Of a stretch of 64,000 nucleotides of DNA, positions 36,689 through 46,697 are shown piece after piece (position 1 is the stretch's first letter; each line of letters opens with the position of its first letter). The notes under the pieces were generated by a model that saw only the letters and a list, made by a program, of their open reading frames with translations, was not told the origin of the DNA and searched no databases. Origin of the DNA: Parcubacteria group bacterium M10-OD1-1 (lineage in GTDB: Bacteria; Patescibacteriota; Minisyncoccia; Moranbacterales; UBA2206); assembly GCA_003056145.1 (NCBI GenBank), contig LSNL01000006.1, forward strand, positions 6,119 through 70,118. Direction: 5' to 3'. The translations under genes were made by a program, and so were the position numbers.

Positions 36689-38138
36689 TTTGATTATTTT
36701 TTCTTTTTATTTGAATAATGGTTATCGTTCCCATTAAAATTATATACCACCCTATTACTTCCCACCAGACAATTTTTAGATTGATAGCTGAATATTTCAA
36801 ACTAGCTAAAAAATTTATTACTAACATCTCATATCTTAAAGGCAAAAAGGCTAGCCAAGCCAAAACCAAAGCTAATGGATAGAAAATAAAACTACCAAGA
36901 ACTGCGAGGAAACCCAATAACATCGTCAAAGGAATAATTGGCAAAATTAAAAGATTAGCCAAAGGAGAGATTAAAGAAAGTTTTTGGAAAACTAAAATAA
37001 TTAAAGGCAACACAAAAATTTGAGCCGAAATAGTTAAAAATAAAATTTCTGCTAAACCAAAGACTTGATGATTTTTTATTAAATAAGTTTGAAAAAATGG
37101 ATAAAGATAAATAATTCCGAGACTAGCTAAAAAAGATAATTGAAAACCTGTATCCCAACGCAACAATAATGGATTAATCAATAGCATTAAATCTGCAGCG
37201 AAAAGAATAGCATTTTTAGAATTAGCTAGTCGTCCATTTTTTATCGCCCAAATTAGTAAAACCCCCATTATGCCCGCTCGCACAGATGAAGAAGAAAGTC
37301 CAGTGATAGTTACGAAAAGAATTATTCCCACAACCGAAAACCAAAAAGCTTGCTGACGCCAAAGTCCTAAAAATATTCCCAACATCATTAAATACTCCGC
37401 AATAATAGTAACATTATAACCACTGACCGCTACAATATGCATCAAACCAGTTTGAGCAAAATTGTGCTTTACTTCCACTGATAAATTATGAGTGCCACCT
37501 AAAATAAGCCCGCTAAGAAGACCAGCTTCAGGAGCAGGAATTAAATTTTCAATCTTTTCATTAAACTTATTTTTTATTTTTATCAATTGGGCGTAAACTA
37601 TATTACCTTCATTAGAATTCATTTTTTTAATCTTAGTTTTCTGACACTGATAAAAAATTTCGTCTTTCGCCAAATACATCCGATAATCAAAATCAGTTTT
37701 GTTATTAGTTGGAGTTTTTAATTGGCATTTAATTTTCAATTCATCTCCATAGTAATAATCTTGGTATCTACCTGTCTGAATTAAAATTTTTCCTACTATT
37801 TTTTTAGACTTAACAATCAAGATTTGTTTTCTATTTTTAATTTGCGGTTCTTGAACAATTATTACTTTACCTGTAAATATTTTTTGGTCATTTTTTAGAT
37901 TAGTAAATTTTGAAAATCTTAAATTAGTTAAAAAAATTCCCGAAAAAAATAACAAAATCAAAAAACCGACTAATTGGATTCTTCTATTTTTATAAAAAAC
38001 ACTCTCTAAAATTATAACCAAAGCTATTAGCAACCAAAGGAAAAATAAACTAATCGTCTTTGGAAAATAAAAAGAAGCTAAAAATATTCCACTGATGAAA
38101 CTTAGTGAGAAAAGAAAAAATAATTTTGCTTTATCCAT
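36651..38138 (-). CDS. comEC: ComEC/Rec2 DNA-uptake channel, membrane portion (DUF4131 plus competence domain)
   Basis: N-terminal TM/OB-like region then the polytopic competence domain (GLMHIVAVSGYNVTII...). The MBL domain is encoded separately. Confidence 0.7.
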   Translation of the reverse strand: MDKAKLFFLFSLSFISGIFLASFYFPKTISLFFLWLLIALVIILESVFYKNRRIQLVGFLILLFFSGIFLTNLRFSKFTNLKNDQKIFTGKVIIVQEPQIKNRKQILIVKSKKIVGKILIQTGRYQDYYYGDELKIKCQLKTPTNNKTDFDYRMYLAKDEIFYQCQKTKIKKMNSNEGNIVYAQLIKIKNKFNEKIENLIPAPEAGLLSGLILGGTHNLSVEVKHNFAQTGLMHIVAVSGYNVTIIAEYLMMLGIFLGLWRQQAFWFSVVGIILFVTITGLSSSSVRAGIMGVLLIWAIKNGRLANSKNAILFAADLMLLINPLLLRWDTGFQLSFLASLGIIYLYPFFQTYLIKNHQVFGLAEILFLTISAQIFVLPLIILVFQKLSLISPLANLLILPIIPLTMLLGFLAVLGSFIFYPLALVLAWLAFLPLRYEMLVINFLASLKYSAINLKIVWWEVIGWYIILMGTITIIQIKRKNNQNVGEKDNLSRTI

Positions 38139-38233
38139 ATTTTTTATTATAGCAAAAATTAGAATAAAAATTAGAATAAAAAAAAGCGATCAATGTAAAA
38201 CATCAATCGCTTCACCTCTGGCTTTTGAGTAAG

Positions 38234-38401
38234 TTAGATAGTTTCTATTTTTTCCTTGAGAATTTTTATTCTCCTCCCGATTTTCTGTAATTCTTTTTTC
38301 AGCTCATCATCTTTAATTTCACTCAGCCCAATACTGGCGCCCATCCCATCGTCCAGCATCATGCTCACTGACAAAACTACCTTATTCTCATCTTCTATCA
38401 T
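38234..38401 (-). CDS. possible 55-aa small ORF translationally coupled (ATGA overlap) to the DUF167 gene
   Basis: Hand-translated MIEDENKVVLSVSMMLDDGMGASIGLSEIKDDELKKELQKIGRRIKILKEKIETI. Its start ATG overlaps the DUF167 TGA stop. Below the ORF-track length cutoff. Confidence 0.3.
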   Translation of the reverse strand: MIEDENKVVLSVSMMLDDGMGASIGLSEIKDDELKKELQKIGRRIKILKEKIETI

Positions 38402-38637
38402 TTTTCTTCCTCCTTTACCTTTAAGATATTGATGATTTTTACGCGAGCGGTTTTACCGCCCACGATACTGACGCAACTCTTAGCAACTTTAAAATATTCA
38501 GCTAATACTTTTATTAGCATACTATTAGCCTTACCGTCAACTGGCGGAGCTGTAATTTTTACTTTATATTCTCCTTCAATTATTTTTTCTACCTGATTTC
38601 TAGCCGAACGGGGAATAACTTTTACATAAACCCTCAT
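38398..38637 (-). CDS. DUF167 / YggU-family (UPF0235) protein
   Basis: RVYVKVIPRSARNQV...APPVDGKANSMLIKVLAEYFKVAKS.V.IV.G.T...K. Confidence 0.65.
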   Translation of the reverse strand: MRVYVKVIPRSARNQVEKIIEGEYKVKITAPPVDGKANSMLIKVLAEYFKVAKSCVSIVGGKTARVKIINILKVKEEEK

Positions 38638-38712
38638 AACTTATTTATTTTTTATCTAGTTTATTCTTTAAATAGAATTTTACGAAAACAGACTTCGTAA
38701 AGTTCTTACATA

Positions 38713-39420
38713 TTAATTATACTTTCTAATTTCTATTTTTTTAAAATTTTTTTGGATGCTCTTTTTAATTTTATCTAAATCTAAACTCTGTCCTTTATTT
38801 TTTTCTTTTAAACTTGGATCTAAAATAGTTCTAGCTCGATATTCTTGTAAATAATAAGCCTGAGCATTTTTAATCCATTGAGCAATTTCTAAAAAATCTT
38901 TCTCAGTGTGCAAACCTGGCACTGCGGTAGTTCTAAATTCATACTGAATACCGCTTTTCATTATTAAATCTACACTTAATTTTATTCTCTCAATATCAAT
39001 TTCAGCCCCAACAGTTTGATTATATTTTTTCGGTTGATTTTTGATATCCATTGCAAAATAATCAACTATTTTTAAATCAATTAGTTTTTTCAAAACATCC
39101 GGACGAGTTCCATTGCTATCTAATTTAACTAGATAGCCTAACTTTTTAATTTTTTTAATAAATTCAATTATATCCACTTGAATAGTTGGTTCTCCACCAG
39201 TAATACATATTCCTTCTAAAGTTTTTTTTCTTTTTTCTAAAAAAGAAAAAAAATCTTTCTCTACATTATAATTTGATGCACTAGTTTGAACAGGAGGGTA
39301 AACTAATTCTGGATTATGACAAAAAGGACACCGAAAATTACATCCAACAGTAAAGACCGTAGTAGCTATTTTTCCTGGATAATCAATTAAAGTTAATTTT
39401 TGATAACTAGCTATTTGCAT
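38713..39420 (-). CDS. nrdG: anaerobic ribonucleoside-triphosphate reductase activating protein (radical SAM) NrdG
   Basis: N-terminal ...LIDYPGKIATTVFTVGCNFRCPFCHN (CxxxCxxC). Positioned downstream of nrdD. Confidence 0.85.
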   Translation of the reverse strand: MQIASYQKLTLIDYPGKIATTVFTVGCNFRCPFCHNPELVYPPVQTSASNYNVEKDFFSFLEKRKKTLEGICITGGEPTIQVDIIEFIKKIKKLGYLVKLDSNGTRPDVLKKLIDLKIVDYFAMDIKNQPKKYNQTVGAEIDIERIKLSVDLIMKSGIQYEFRTTAVPGLHTEKDFLEIAQWIKNAQAYYLQEYRARTILDPSLKEKNKGQSLDLDKIKKSIQKNFKKIEIRKYN

Positions 39421-39552
39421 AAAAATTTATTTTTTAATTACTATTTTTATTAGTTTTACAATCACATCTTTATTTTAGGTTTAAATAAGAAGGCTTAAGG
39501 CGATTTTTTAAAGAAAAACCGCCTTCATTTTTTACTATTCTAAATGCTATCG

Positions 39553-39831
39553 TTAGCAATCTTTACTCTCATTTTTTTCTTCCACTTCAAAGGTTTTTCT
39601 ATCTTTCCATTCTTCAGCTTTCCCTTTATTCCACCTATTTATGGGAGTATGAAAACCAACTACTCGAGAATAGACATCGCACTCTTGATAATTTTCCAAG
39701 ACTGGATTTTTTTCATAACATTCTTTACATTTTATGAAATATTTATCCTCTGATTGAGTAAAATTAACATACTCATCTCCTTTTTTTAATTGTCGTCCAC
39801 AATCACAACAAATCATTTTTTTCTTTTCCAT
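39553..39831 (-). CDS. stand-alone NrdD C-terminal module: Zn ribbon plus glycyl-radical loop (92 aa)
   Basis: CCDCG...CKEC Zn ribbon, then ~18 aa, then SRVVGFHTPINRWNKGKAEEWKDRK, matching the NrdD glycyl-radical consensus (R-V-x-G-[YF]-x-x-P-x-x-x-W-N-x-G-K-x-x-E-x-x-D-R). Separated from nrdD by a 44-nt AT-rich spacer. Confidence 0.65.
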   Translation of the reverse strand: MEKKKMICCDCGRQLKKGDEYVNFTQSEDKYFIKCKECYEKNPVLENYQECDVYSRVVGFHTPINRWNKGKAEEWKDRKTFEVEEKNESKDC

Positions 39832-39875
39832 ATTTTTATTTTAATTTTAATTAATTATATAAACTTTTGATTTTT

Positions 39876-42050
39876 TTACTTAACTTTTTCAAATTTTACT
39901 TTAGACAATTTAATAGCGCATTTAGGACAGGTCCAGTGTTCTCCAGTTAAGTATCCATGCTCTGGGCAAATACTAAAAGTAGGCGTGAATGTGAAATAAG
40001 GGAGACGATAATTATTAGCAATAGTTTTAACTAATTTTTTTACAACCTCGATATCATTAATCTTTTCTCCCAAAAATCCATGCAACACTGTCCCTCCAGT
40101 ATATTTAGTTTGTAAATCATCTTGTAAATCAAGTGCTTCAAAAATATCAGATGTAAAGCCAACTGGCAATTGCGAAGAATTAGTATAATATGGAGCTGCT
40201 CCATTTTTTTTCACCGATTCATCATTAGCAAATTTAATATCTGGATATTTTTTTTGATCTGATTTAGCTAAACGATAAGTAGTTCCTTCGGCAGGAGTAG
40301 CTTCCAAATTATACATATTGTCTGTTTCTTTTTGATACTGAATCATTCTTTTTCTCATATGATTTAAAATCTTCTGAGCTAACTTATTGCCTTTTTTATT
40401 AGCAATACCTACCCCAATAAAATTTTCTAACGCTTCATTCATTCCCAATAAACCAATAGTAGAAAAATGATTCCCCCAATAATTTCCTCTTCTAGCTTTT
40501 ATATCCTTTAAATAATATCGTGAATAAGGATACAAACCTATCTCCGTTAATTTTTCAATAAAAACTCTTTTAGCTTCCAAACTTTCTTTAGCTAAATCCA
40601 TTAGATAATCTAATTTTTGAAAAAAATCTTTTTCGTCCTTAGCTATATAGCCTAGTCTTGGCATATTGATAGTTACCACTCCAATAGAACCAGTCATTGG
40701 ATTAGCTCCAAACAATCCACCCCCTCTTTTATTCAGCTCTCTGTTATCTAAACGAAGCCGACAGCACATACTCCTAGCATCGTCAGGACTCATATCAGAA
40801 TTAACAAAATTAGCAAAATAAGGCATTCCATATTTAGCAGTCATCTCCCAAATCGGATTAAGAGCTGGGTCATTCCAATTAAAATCTTTGGTGATATTGT
40901 ACGTAGGAATTGGAAAAGTAAAAACCCTATTTTGTGCATCACCCTCGCTCATAACTTCCGCGAAAGCCTTATTTATCATATTCATCTCTTTTTGAAATTG
41001 ACTATATTTTTGCTTTAATGGTTTCCCTCCAATAATAATAGATTGATCCTTATAATTAGATGGAACTTGCATATCTAAGGTGATATTAGAAAAAGGAGTT
41101 TGAAAACCAACCCGAGTTGGAACATTCATATTAAAAATAAATTCTTGTAAGGCTTGCTTTACTTCTTCTTGTTTTAATTTGTCAAAATGAACAAAAGGAG
41201 CTAATAGAGTATCAAAATTAGAAAAAGCTTGAGCACCGTTAGCCTCTCCCTGAAGAGTATAAATAAAATTAGTTATTTGTCCTAGAGCACTACGTAAATG
41301 TTTTGGAGGGGCTGAATGAACCTTTCCAGGAACGCCACCAAATCCTTTTATTAATAAATCATGCAAGTCCCAACCGCAACAATAAGCTGCCACCATTTGT
41401 AAATCATGAACATGTAAATCTCCTCCTTCGTGTGCTCGACGAATATCCTTAGTGTACACTTTATTCATCCAATATTTTGAACTTACCGCCGAAGAAATAA
41501 AATTATTAAGACCTTGTAAGGAAAAGCCCATATTAGAGTTTTCTTTTACTTTCCAATCTACTTCTTTAATATAATCATCTACCAAACTAACAGCTTCTTT
41601 TAAAACATCTTTTGTTTCCCTAACTTTTCTGTGTTGCTCACGATAAAGAATATAACCCTTAGCTGTCTTTTCAAAATCTAAAACCATTAAAATCTTTTCT
41701 ACCATATCTTGAATTTCTTCAATTTCTGGTACATAACCTTTATGATAATTTTTATTGAGCCATTGAATTATTTTGACAGTAATTTTTTCTGCTTCTTTTT
41801 GTCCGCCCTCCCCAGCATCATTCAAAGCTTTAAAAACTGCTTTAGTGATTTTTTCAGCTTTAAAGGGAACAGCATACCCACTTCGCTTAATAACTTTCTT
41901 AATCTTACTTTTAATCTTTTTCATCTCTTTTTTTGAAACTTTTAAATTAGCTATCTTAACCTTACTCTGATTTTTCTTTAAACTTTTTTTAACTGGAGTA
42001 ACTTTATTTTTAGCTTTTCCTCTTTTTAGATGTTTGCTTTTCGCTGTCAT
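39876..42050 (-). CDS. nrdD: class III anaerobic ribonucleoside-triphosphate reductase NrdD, C-terminally truncated (ends after its Zn ribbon; no glycyl-radical loop)
   Basis: Lys-rich N-terminal extension, ATP-cone (VIKRSGYAVPFKAEKITKAVFKA), NrdD barrel with catalytic Cys region, C-terminal CPEHG...CPKC Zn ribbon followed by only 13 residues. Confidence 0.85.
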   Translation of the reverse strand: MTAKSKHLKRGKAKNKVTPVKKSLKKNQSKVKIANLKVSKKEMKKIKSKIKKVIKRSGYAVPFKAEKITKAVFKALNDAGEGGQKEAEKITVKIIQWLNKNYHKGYVPEIEEIQDMVEKILMVLDFEKTAKGYILYREQHRKVRETKDVLKEAVSLVDDYIKEVDWKVKENSNMGFSLQGLNNFISSAVSSKYWMNKVYTKDIRRAHEGGDLHVHDLQMVAAYCCGWDLHDLLIKGFGGVPGKVHSAPPKHLRSALGQITNFIYTLQGEANGAQAFSNFDTLLAPFVHFDKLKQEEVKQALQEFIFNMNVPTRVGFQTPFSNITLDMQVPSNYKDQSIIIGGKPLKQKYSQFQKEMNMINKAFAEVMSEGDAQNRVFTFPIPTYNITKDFNWNDPALNPIWEMTAKYGMPYFANFVNSDMSPDDARSMCCRLRLDNRELNKRGGGLFGANPMTGSIGVVTINMPRLGYIAKDEKDFFQKLDYLMDLAKESLEAKRVFIEKLTEIGLYPYSRYYLKDIKARRGNYWGNHFSTIGLLGMNEALENFIGVGIANKKGNKLAQKILNHMRKRMIQYQKETDNMYNLEATPAEGTTYRLAKSDQKKYPDIKFANDESVKKNGAAPYYTNSSQLPVGFTSDIFEALDLQDDLQTKYTGGTVLHGFLGEKINDIEVVKKLVKTIANNYRLPYFTFTPTFSICPEHGYLTGEHWTCPKCAIKLSKVKFEKVK

Positions 42051-42102
42051 ATTTTTTTCTTTTTTATTATTTATATTAAACTATTATTTACTTTTTTATT
42101 TT

Positions 42103-42552
42103 TTATTTATCAAAACTATCCAATTCTTTTTTAAAGCTCTCTATACTACCAAATGACTTATACACACTTGCGAATCTTACATAAGCTACTTCATCTAACT
42201 TTCTAAGTTTTTTAAGAATAATTTTTCCTATTTCTTTAGTAGTAATTTCTGACTTTTCAGTAGTCTGAATAGTATATTCAATATCTCCGATCAGCTTAGC
42301 TATCTTCTCACTAGAAACTGGTCTTTTTTCAAGAGCTTTTTTAATTCCGATTTCAATTTTCTTTTTGTCATAATCTACTTTATTTCTGTTTCTTTTAATA
42401 ACTGACAACCTTAGCAACTCTACTTCTTCATAAGTACTAAATCTAGCATTGCATTTTAAACATTCTCTCCTTCTTCTAGTAATCTTCCCATCATTAGTAT
42501 CACGAGAATCAACTACCTTAGTATCTGAATAATTACAAAATGGACAAATCAT
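42103..42552 (-). CDS. nrdR: transcriptional repressor NrdR
   Basis: MICPFCNYSDTKVVDSRDTNDGKITRRRRECLKCNARFSTYE Zn ribbon plus ATP-cone. Confidence 0.9.
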   Translation of the reverse strand: MICPFCNYSDTKVVDSRDTNDGKITRRRRECLKCNARFSTYEEVELLRLSVIKRNRNKVDYDKKKIEIGIKKALEKRPVSSEKIAKLIGDIEYTIQTTEKSEITTKEIGKIILKKLRKLDEVAYVRFASVYKSFGSIESFKKELDSFDK

Positions 42553-42745
42553 ATTTTTAAATTATTATTAGTTAAAATCATTCAGTAAAACCAGTTTAAC
42601 CCAATATGTTGTATAACTACTAACTATTGTACCACAATTAAAAAATTTGCCAACTGTTTAAAAAGGGTCCATTTTAAGGTCTTTTTTAAACACTTAAAAA
42701 ACCCACCTAGTCAAACTTTGTGAGTTTTTGTTATTTTGAAGAAAG

Positions 42746-43684
42746 TTATTTAATTCGTTGATAATTTTTTAATCGTTCTTGATATTTTTCAAAGACTTGC
42801 GGTCCCTTTGGTTGAGGCAAAAAAACTAAAGCCTTACTGTCAGCCGAAACAGCACTTTCTGGATAATGAGTTCGCGGATCTTTAGCAATTCGTTGGAGTT
42901 GCCATTTTTTTAGTCCATTTTCTAGCCAATCAAAATCCAATATTTTCTCTAAAACTTTTCTAATCTCTGATGTCAATAAACTATCAGTTATCATTTTTAA
43001 ATTGGGAATTTCATCTAGACGGTAGTTTATTTTATAACGCTTAATCCAATTATTTTTTGTTTGGAAAACTTGAAAAGTTTTCCAACCAAAAATTGGAAAT
43101 AAAAAAGAGTATTCTGAGGAAGAAAAAAGATCTTGTAATCCAATTTCCAGATTTTCATCTGTTACATAGTAATTTAAACAAATCCTATCAGTAATTTTTT
43201 TAGCATATCTTCTTCTGCCTAGAATATGCGTTAGAAAGGTAACCAACAATCTGCCAGTAAATAACCTCCCTTTTTGAATAACAATAAATAAATCTAAATC
43301 GCTTTTCTTTTCAGCATTTTTATTTGCTACTCTACCAGTCACCGCTATCATCTTCAGATAAGGAACCAATCTCAACCAACGAACTATTTTTTGAATAATC
43401 CTATATTTTTTTTCGGTTATTTTATTTCTCTTACTTCTTTGAGCAACTAAACTTTTTCTCCCTCTCAGAAAATAAAATCCTTGATTTTCTTCTATCAAAC
43501 CTCTAAGCTTATGATTTTCTAGTTCCTGATAAATTTCTATCAACGAGTACTGATTATTATCCTTAGTATTTTCTTCTCCATCTCGAATTAAATATTTCCA
43601 ACATTCAAAAACCGTTAGTGGCAAATCTAACACATCATAATAAATAATAGTGATAAGAATATTTTTCGTTAAACTTTCTAACAT
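42746..43684 (-). CDS. nucleotidyltransferase-fold (Pol-beta superfamily) domain protein, function unknown
   Basis: GRVANKNAEKKSDLDLFIV matches the minimal NTase G[SG]-x(9-13)-D-x-D motif. Confidence 0.45.
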   Translation of the reverse strand: MLESLTKNILITIIYYDVLDLPLTVFECWKYLIRDGEENTKDNNQYSLIEIYQELENHKLRGLIEENQGFYFLRGRKSLVAQRSKRNKITEKKYRIIQKIVRWLRLVPYLKMIAVTGRVANKNAEKKSDLDLFIVIQKGRLFTGRLLVTFLTHILGRRRYAKKITDRICLNYYVTDENLEIGLQDLFSSSEYSFLFPIFGWKTFQVFQTKNNWIKRYKINYRLDEIPNLKMITDSLLTSEIRKVLEKILDFDWLENGLKKWQLQRIAKDPRTHYPESAVSADSKALVFLPQPKGPQVFEKYQERLKNYQRIK

Positions 43685-43725
43685 CTCTTTAATAAAACAT
43701 TATTTAAGTTTTAATTTGTAGTTTT

Positions 43726-46530
43726 TTACTTTAAGTATTTTCCCGTCCAACTAGCTGGACATCTTTTAACTCCAGCTGGAATTCCTTGATAGACTATTTG
43801 ACCTCCCCCTTCCCCTCCTTCGGGTCCTAAATCAATTAACCAATCACAATATTTAACTAAGTCTAAATTATGTTCTACAATTAAAACCGAGTTGCCTTTT
43901 TCCACTAAAGCATTGAGGACTTCAAGCAATTTTTTAACATCTTCAAAATGAAGACCAATTGTTGGCTCATCTAAGATATATAAAGTTTTACCAGTAGATT
44001 TTCTGGCTAATTCTGTCGCTAATTTAATTCTTTGGGCTTCTCCTCCAGAAAGATTAGTAGCATTTTGTCCTAATTTTAGATAACCCAAACCAACTTCTTC
44101 TAAGGTTCGTAATTTTTCTACAATTAAGAAATTTTTTTTAAAAAAGCGGAGTGCATAAGAAATACTCATATCTAAAACTTCAGCGATATTCACTCCTTGA
44201 TATTCAATATCTAAAGTCTTTTGATTATATCTAGTTCCCTGACAAGTTTCACATTGAATATACATATTAGGTAGTAGATGCATTTCAATTTTTTTCGTTC
44301 CGTCTCCTTGGCAATCATTACAACGACCACCCTTCATATTAAAACTAAACCGACTAGCTGAATACTTTCTTTTCTGAGCCTCTTCCGTAAAAGCAAACAA
44401 TTCTCTAATTAACGAGAAAACTCCAGTGTAAGTAGCTGCATTGGAACGAGGAGTTCTGCCAATAGGAGATTGGTCAATATTAATAACTTTATCAATATTT
44501 TTTAAACCTTTAATTTTTTGGTGTTTTCCTGGGATAGCTTTTGCTCTAAAAAAATGACGAGCCAGTGACTTGGCTAAAATATCCTTAACTAAGGTTGATT
44601 TACCACTACCAGAAACGCCAGTGATAATTACCAATCTTCCAAGTGGAATTCTTACATTAATATTTTTTAAGTTATGTTCTTGAGCTCCAATAATTTCTAA
44701 ATATTTTTTAGCTACCGTTCTAGGTTTCTTTTGGTCAGCTATTTTCTTTCTGCCATTTAGAAATTGAGCGGTCAAAGTCTTAGATTTTTTTAATTTTTTA
44801 ATATCCCCTTCAAAAATTATCTTTCCTCCTTGATCTCCTGCTCCAGGTCCCATATCAATTATCCAATCTGATTTCTCGATAATTTCTCGATCGTGTTCTA
44901 CGACAATTAAAGAATTACCATTTTCTTTTAAAGTTTGAATTGTTTGAATTAATTTTTTAGTGTCCCGACTATGTAAACCAATAGATGGTTCATCTAAGAC
45001 ATAGATAATTCCTGCTAATTCTGAGCCAATTTGAGTCGCTAAACGAATTCTCTGTCCTTCTCCACCAGAAATTGAGTTAGCTCCTCTCGCTAAAGATAAA
45101 TAACCCAAACCAACATTTTGTAGAGCTTCCGCTTTTAAAATCATTTCTTTTAAAAGTGGTGCTACTATTTGTTTTTTAGTAGAAGTAAATTGTTCTTTTC
45201 CTAACTTTTCCAAAAAAATCTTAAAATCCCCGATATTCATTTTTACTAAATCATCTATGGACTTACCTAAAATTAAAACGGTAATATATTCTTTCTTTAG
45301 CCTTTTACCCTGGCACTGAGAACAAGTTTTTTCTAACATATATTTTTCAATTTCTGTCCTTAATGACATAGCTTGAGCTTCATTATATTTTCTTTGGATT
45401 AATTCCAGCACTCCTTCAAAGAAAAGATTGTCTCCTTTTTTTTGAAAACCTCTTAAAATAATTTCTAGATTAGCTGATGAAATTTTTTCCACTGGCTCTG
45501 TTAAAGAAAAACCCCTTTGCTGTCCAATTTTTTCTAAAATATCTAAATAATTTTCTTTTGATCGACCATTGAATTTACTTAACGGCAAAACTGCTCCTTC
45601 TGCTAAAGATAACTTTTTATTAGGTATTATTAAATTTTCGTCTACTTCTTTAACCGCTCCTAGCCCAGAGCAATGCGTACAAGCTCCTTCTGGGCTATTA
45701 AAGGAAAAGCTCTTAGGTGTAATTTCTGAAATTTTGAAATAACAATTACTACAAACAAAATCCTGATTATAGACTCTAGTTTCATTGTTATCAATACAAA
45801 GAGCCATAAAGCCTTTGCCTAATTTAAAAGCCGTTTCAATAGAATCCATTATTCTTTCTTGGTCAGGATTTTTCTTCTTAAAAATAATTCTATCAATAAC
45901 GATTTCTACGCTTCCGCTTAATTCTCCTTCTGGAATTAAAAGAGCTTCCGCAATAAGCATATTTTTTCCACCAATTTTTGCTCGTGCATAACCAAGCTGA
46001 CTAATATTTTTTAAGACTTCTCTAATATTTTTTCCATTTTCTCTTACGCGTGCCAAAATAGCTAATTGAGTGTTATTGGAAAAATTTAAAATTTCTTCCA
46101 AAATTTCTTGCTTATTTTTTTTCGCCATTGGCAAAAGACAATTTGGACAATGAGGTACCCCAATTTTAGCCATTAAAACTCTCAGATAATCATAAATCTC
46201 TGTTAAGGTGCCCACCGTAGATCGAGGACTTTTGCTAACGCTTCGTTGATCAATAGAAATAGTTGGACTTAAATTCTCTATTTTATCTACTTCTGGTTTA
46301 GCAGAAACATTCAAAAATTGTCTGACATAGCTAGACATTCCTTCTAAATAACGTCTATTTCCTTCAGCATAGACGACATCAAAAGCCAAAGTAGATTTTC
46401 CACTACCTGAAAGACCGGTAATCACAACAAACTTATCACGAGGGATAGTAATATTAATATTTTTCAGATTGTTAACTCGTGCTCCACGAATAATTATATT
46501 TTCCCGATTTTTTTTAATTGTTTTCCGCAT
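43726..46530 (-). CDS. uvrA: excinuclease ABC subunit UvrA
   Basis: Two ABC ATPase modules (GLSGSGKST / GVSGSGKST; LSGGE signatures) and Zn-finger CxxC modules; 934 aa. Confidence 0.95.
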   Translation of the reverse strand: MRKTIKKNRENIIIRGARVNNLKNINITIPRDKFVVITGLSGSGKSTLAFDVVYAEGNRRYLEGMSSYVRQFLNVSAKPEVDKIENLSPTISIDQRSVSKSPRSTVGTLTEIYDYLRVLMAKIGVPHCPNCLLPMAKKNKQEILEEILNFSNNTQLAILARVRENGKNIREVLKNISQLGYARAKIGGKNMLIAEALLIPEGELSGSVEIVIDRIIFKKKNPDQERIMDSIETAFKLGKGFMALCIDNNETRVYNQDFVCSNCYFKISEITPKSFSFNSPEGACTHCSGLGAVKEVDENLIIPNKKLSLAEGAVLPLSKFNGRSKENYLDILEKIGQQRGFSLTEPVEKISSANLEIILRGFQKKGDNLFFEGVLELIQRKYNEAQAMSLRTEIEKYMLEKTCSQCQGKRLKKEYITVLILGKSIDDLVKMNIGDFKIFLEKLGKEQFTSTKKQIVAPLLKEMILKAEALQNVGLGYLSLARGANSISGGEGQRIRLATQIGSELAGIIYVLDEPSIGLHSRDTKKLIQTIQTLKENGNSLIVVEHDREIIEKSDWIIDMGPGAGDQGGKIIFEGDIKKLKKSKTLTAQFLNGRKKIADQKKPRTVAKKYLEIIGAQEHNLKNINVRIPLGRLVIITGVSGSGKSTLVKDILAKSLARHFFRAKAIPGKHQKIKGLKNIDKVINIDQSPIGRTPRSNAATYTGVFSLIRELFAFTEEAQKRKYSASRFSFNMKGGRCNDCQGDGTKKIEMHLLPNMYIQCETCQGTRYNQKTLDIEYQGVNIAEVLDMSISYALRFFKKNFLIVEKLRTLEEVGLGYLKLGQNATNLSGGEAQRIKLATELARKSTGKTLYILDEPTIGLHFEDVKKLLEVLNALVEKGNSVLIVEHNLDLVKYCDWLIDLGPEGGEGGGQIVYQGIPAGVKRCPASWTGKYLK

Positions 46531-46697
46531 CTTATAAAGGTTGAAGTGGTATTACTAGGTATTAATGTTACACGAGATTTGAATATTTGGCAAGCTAATA
46601 TCTTTTCACTAATTCTGAACTACTTATAAAATTTTCATCCAATTTTAAAAGCTCCTTTTTAAGGAGCTTTTAAATAGAATCTTAGCTTGAAAACTTT

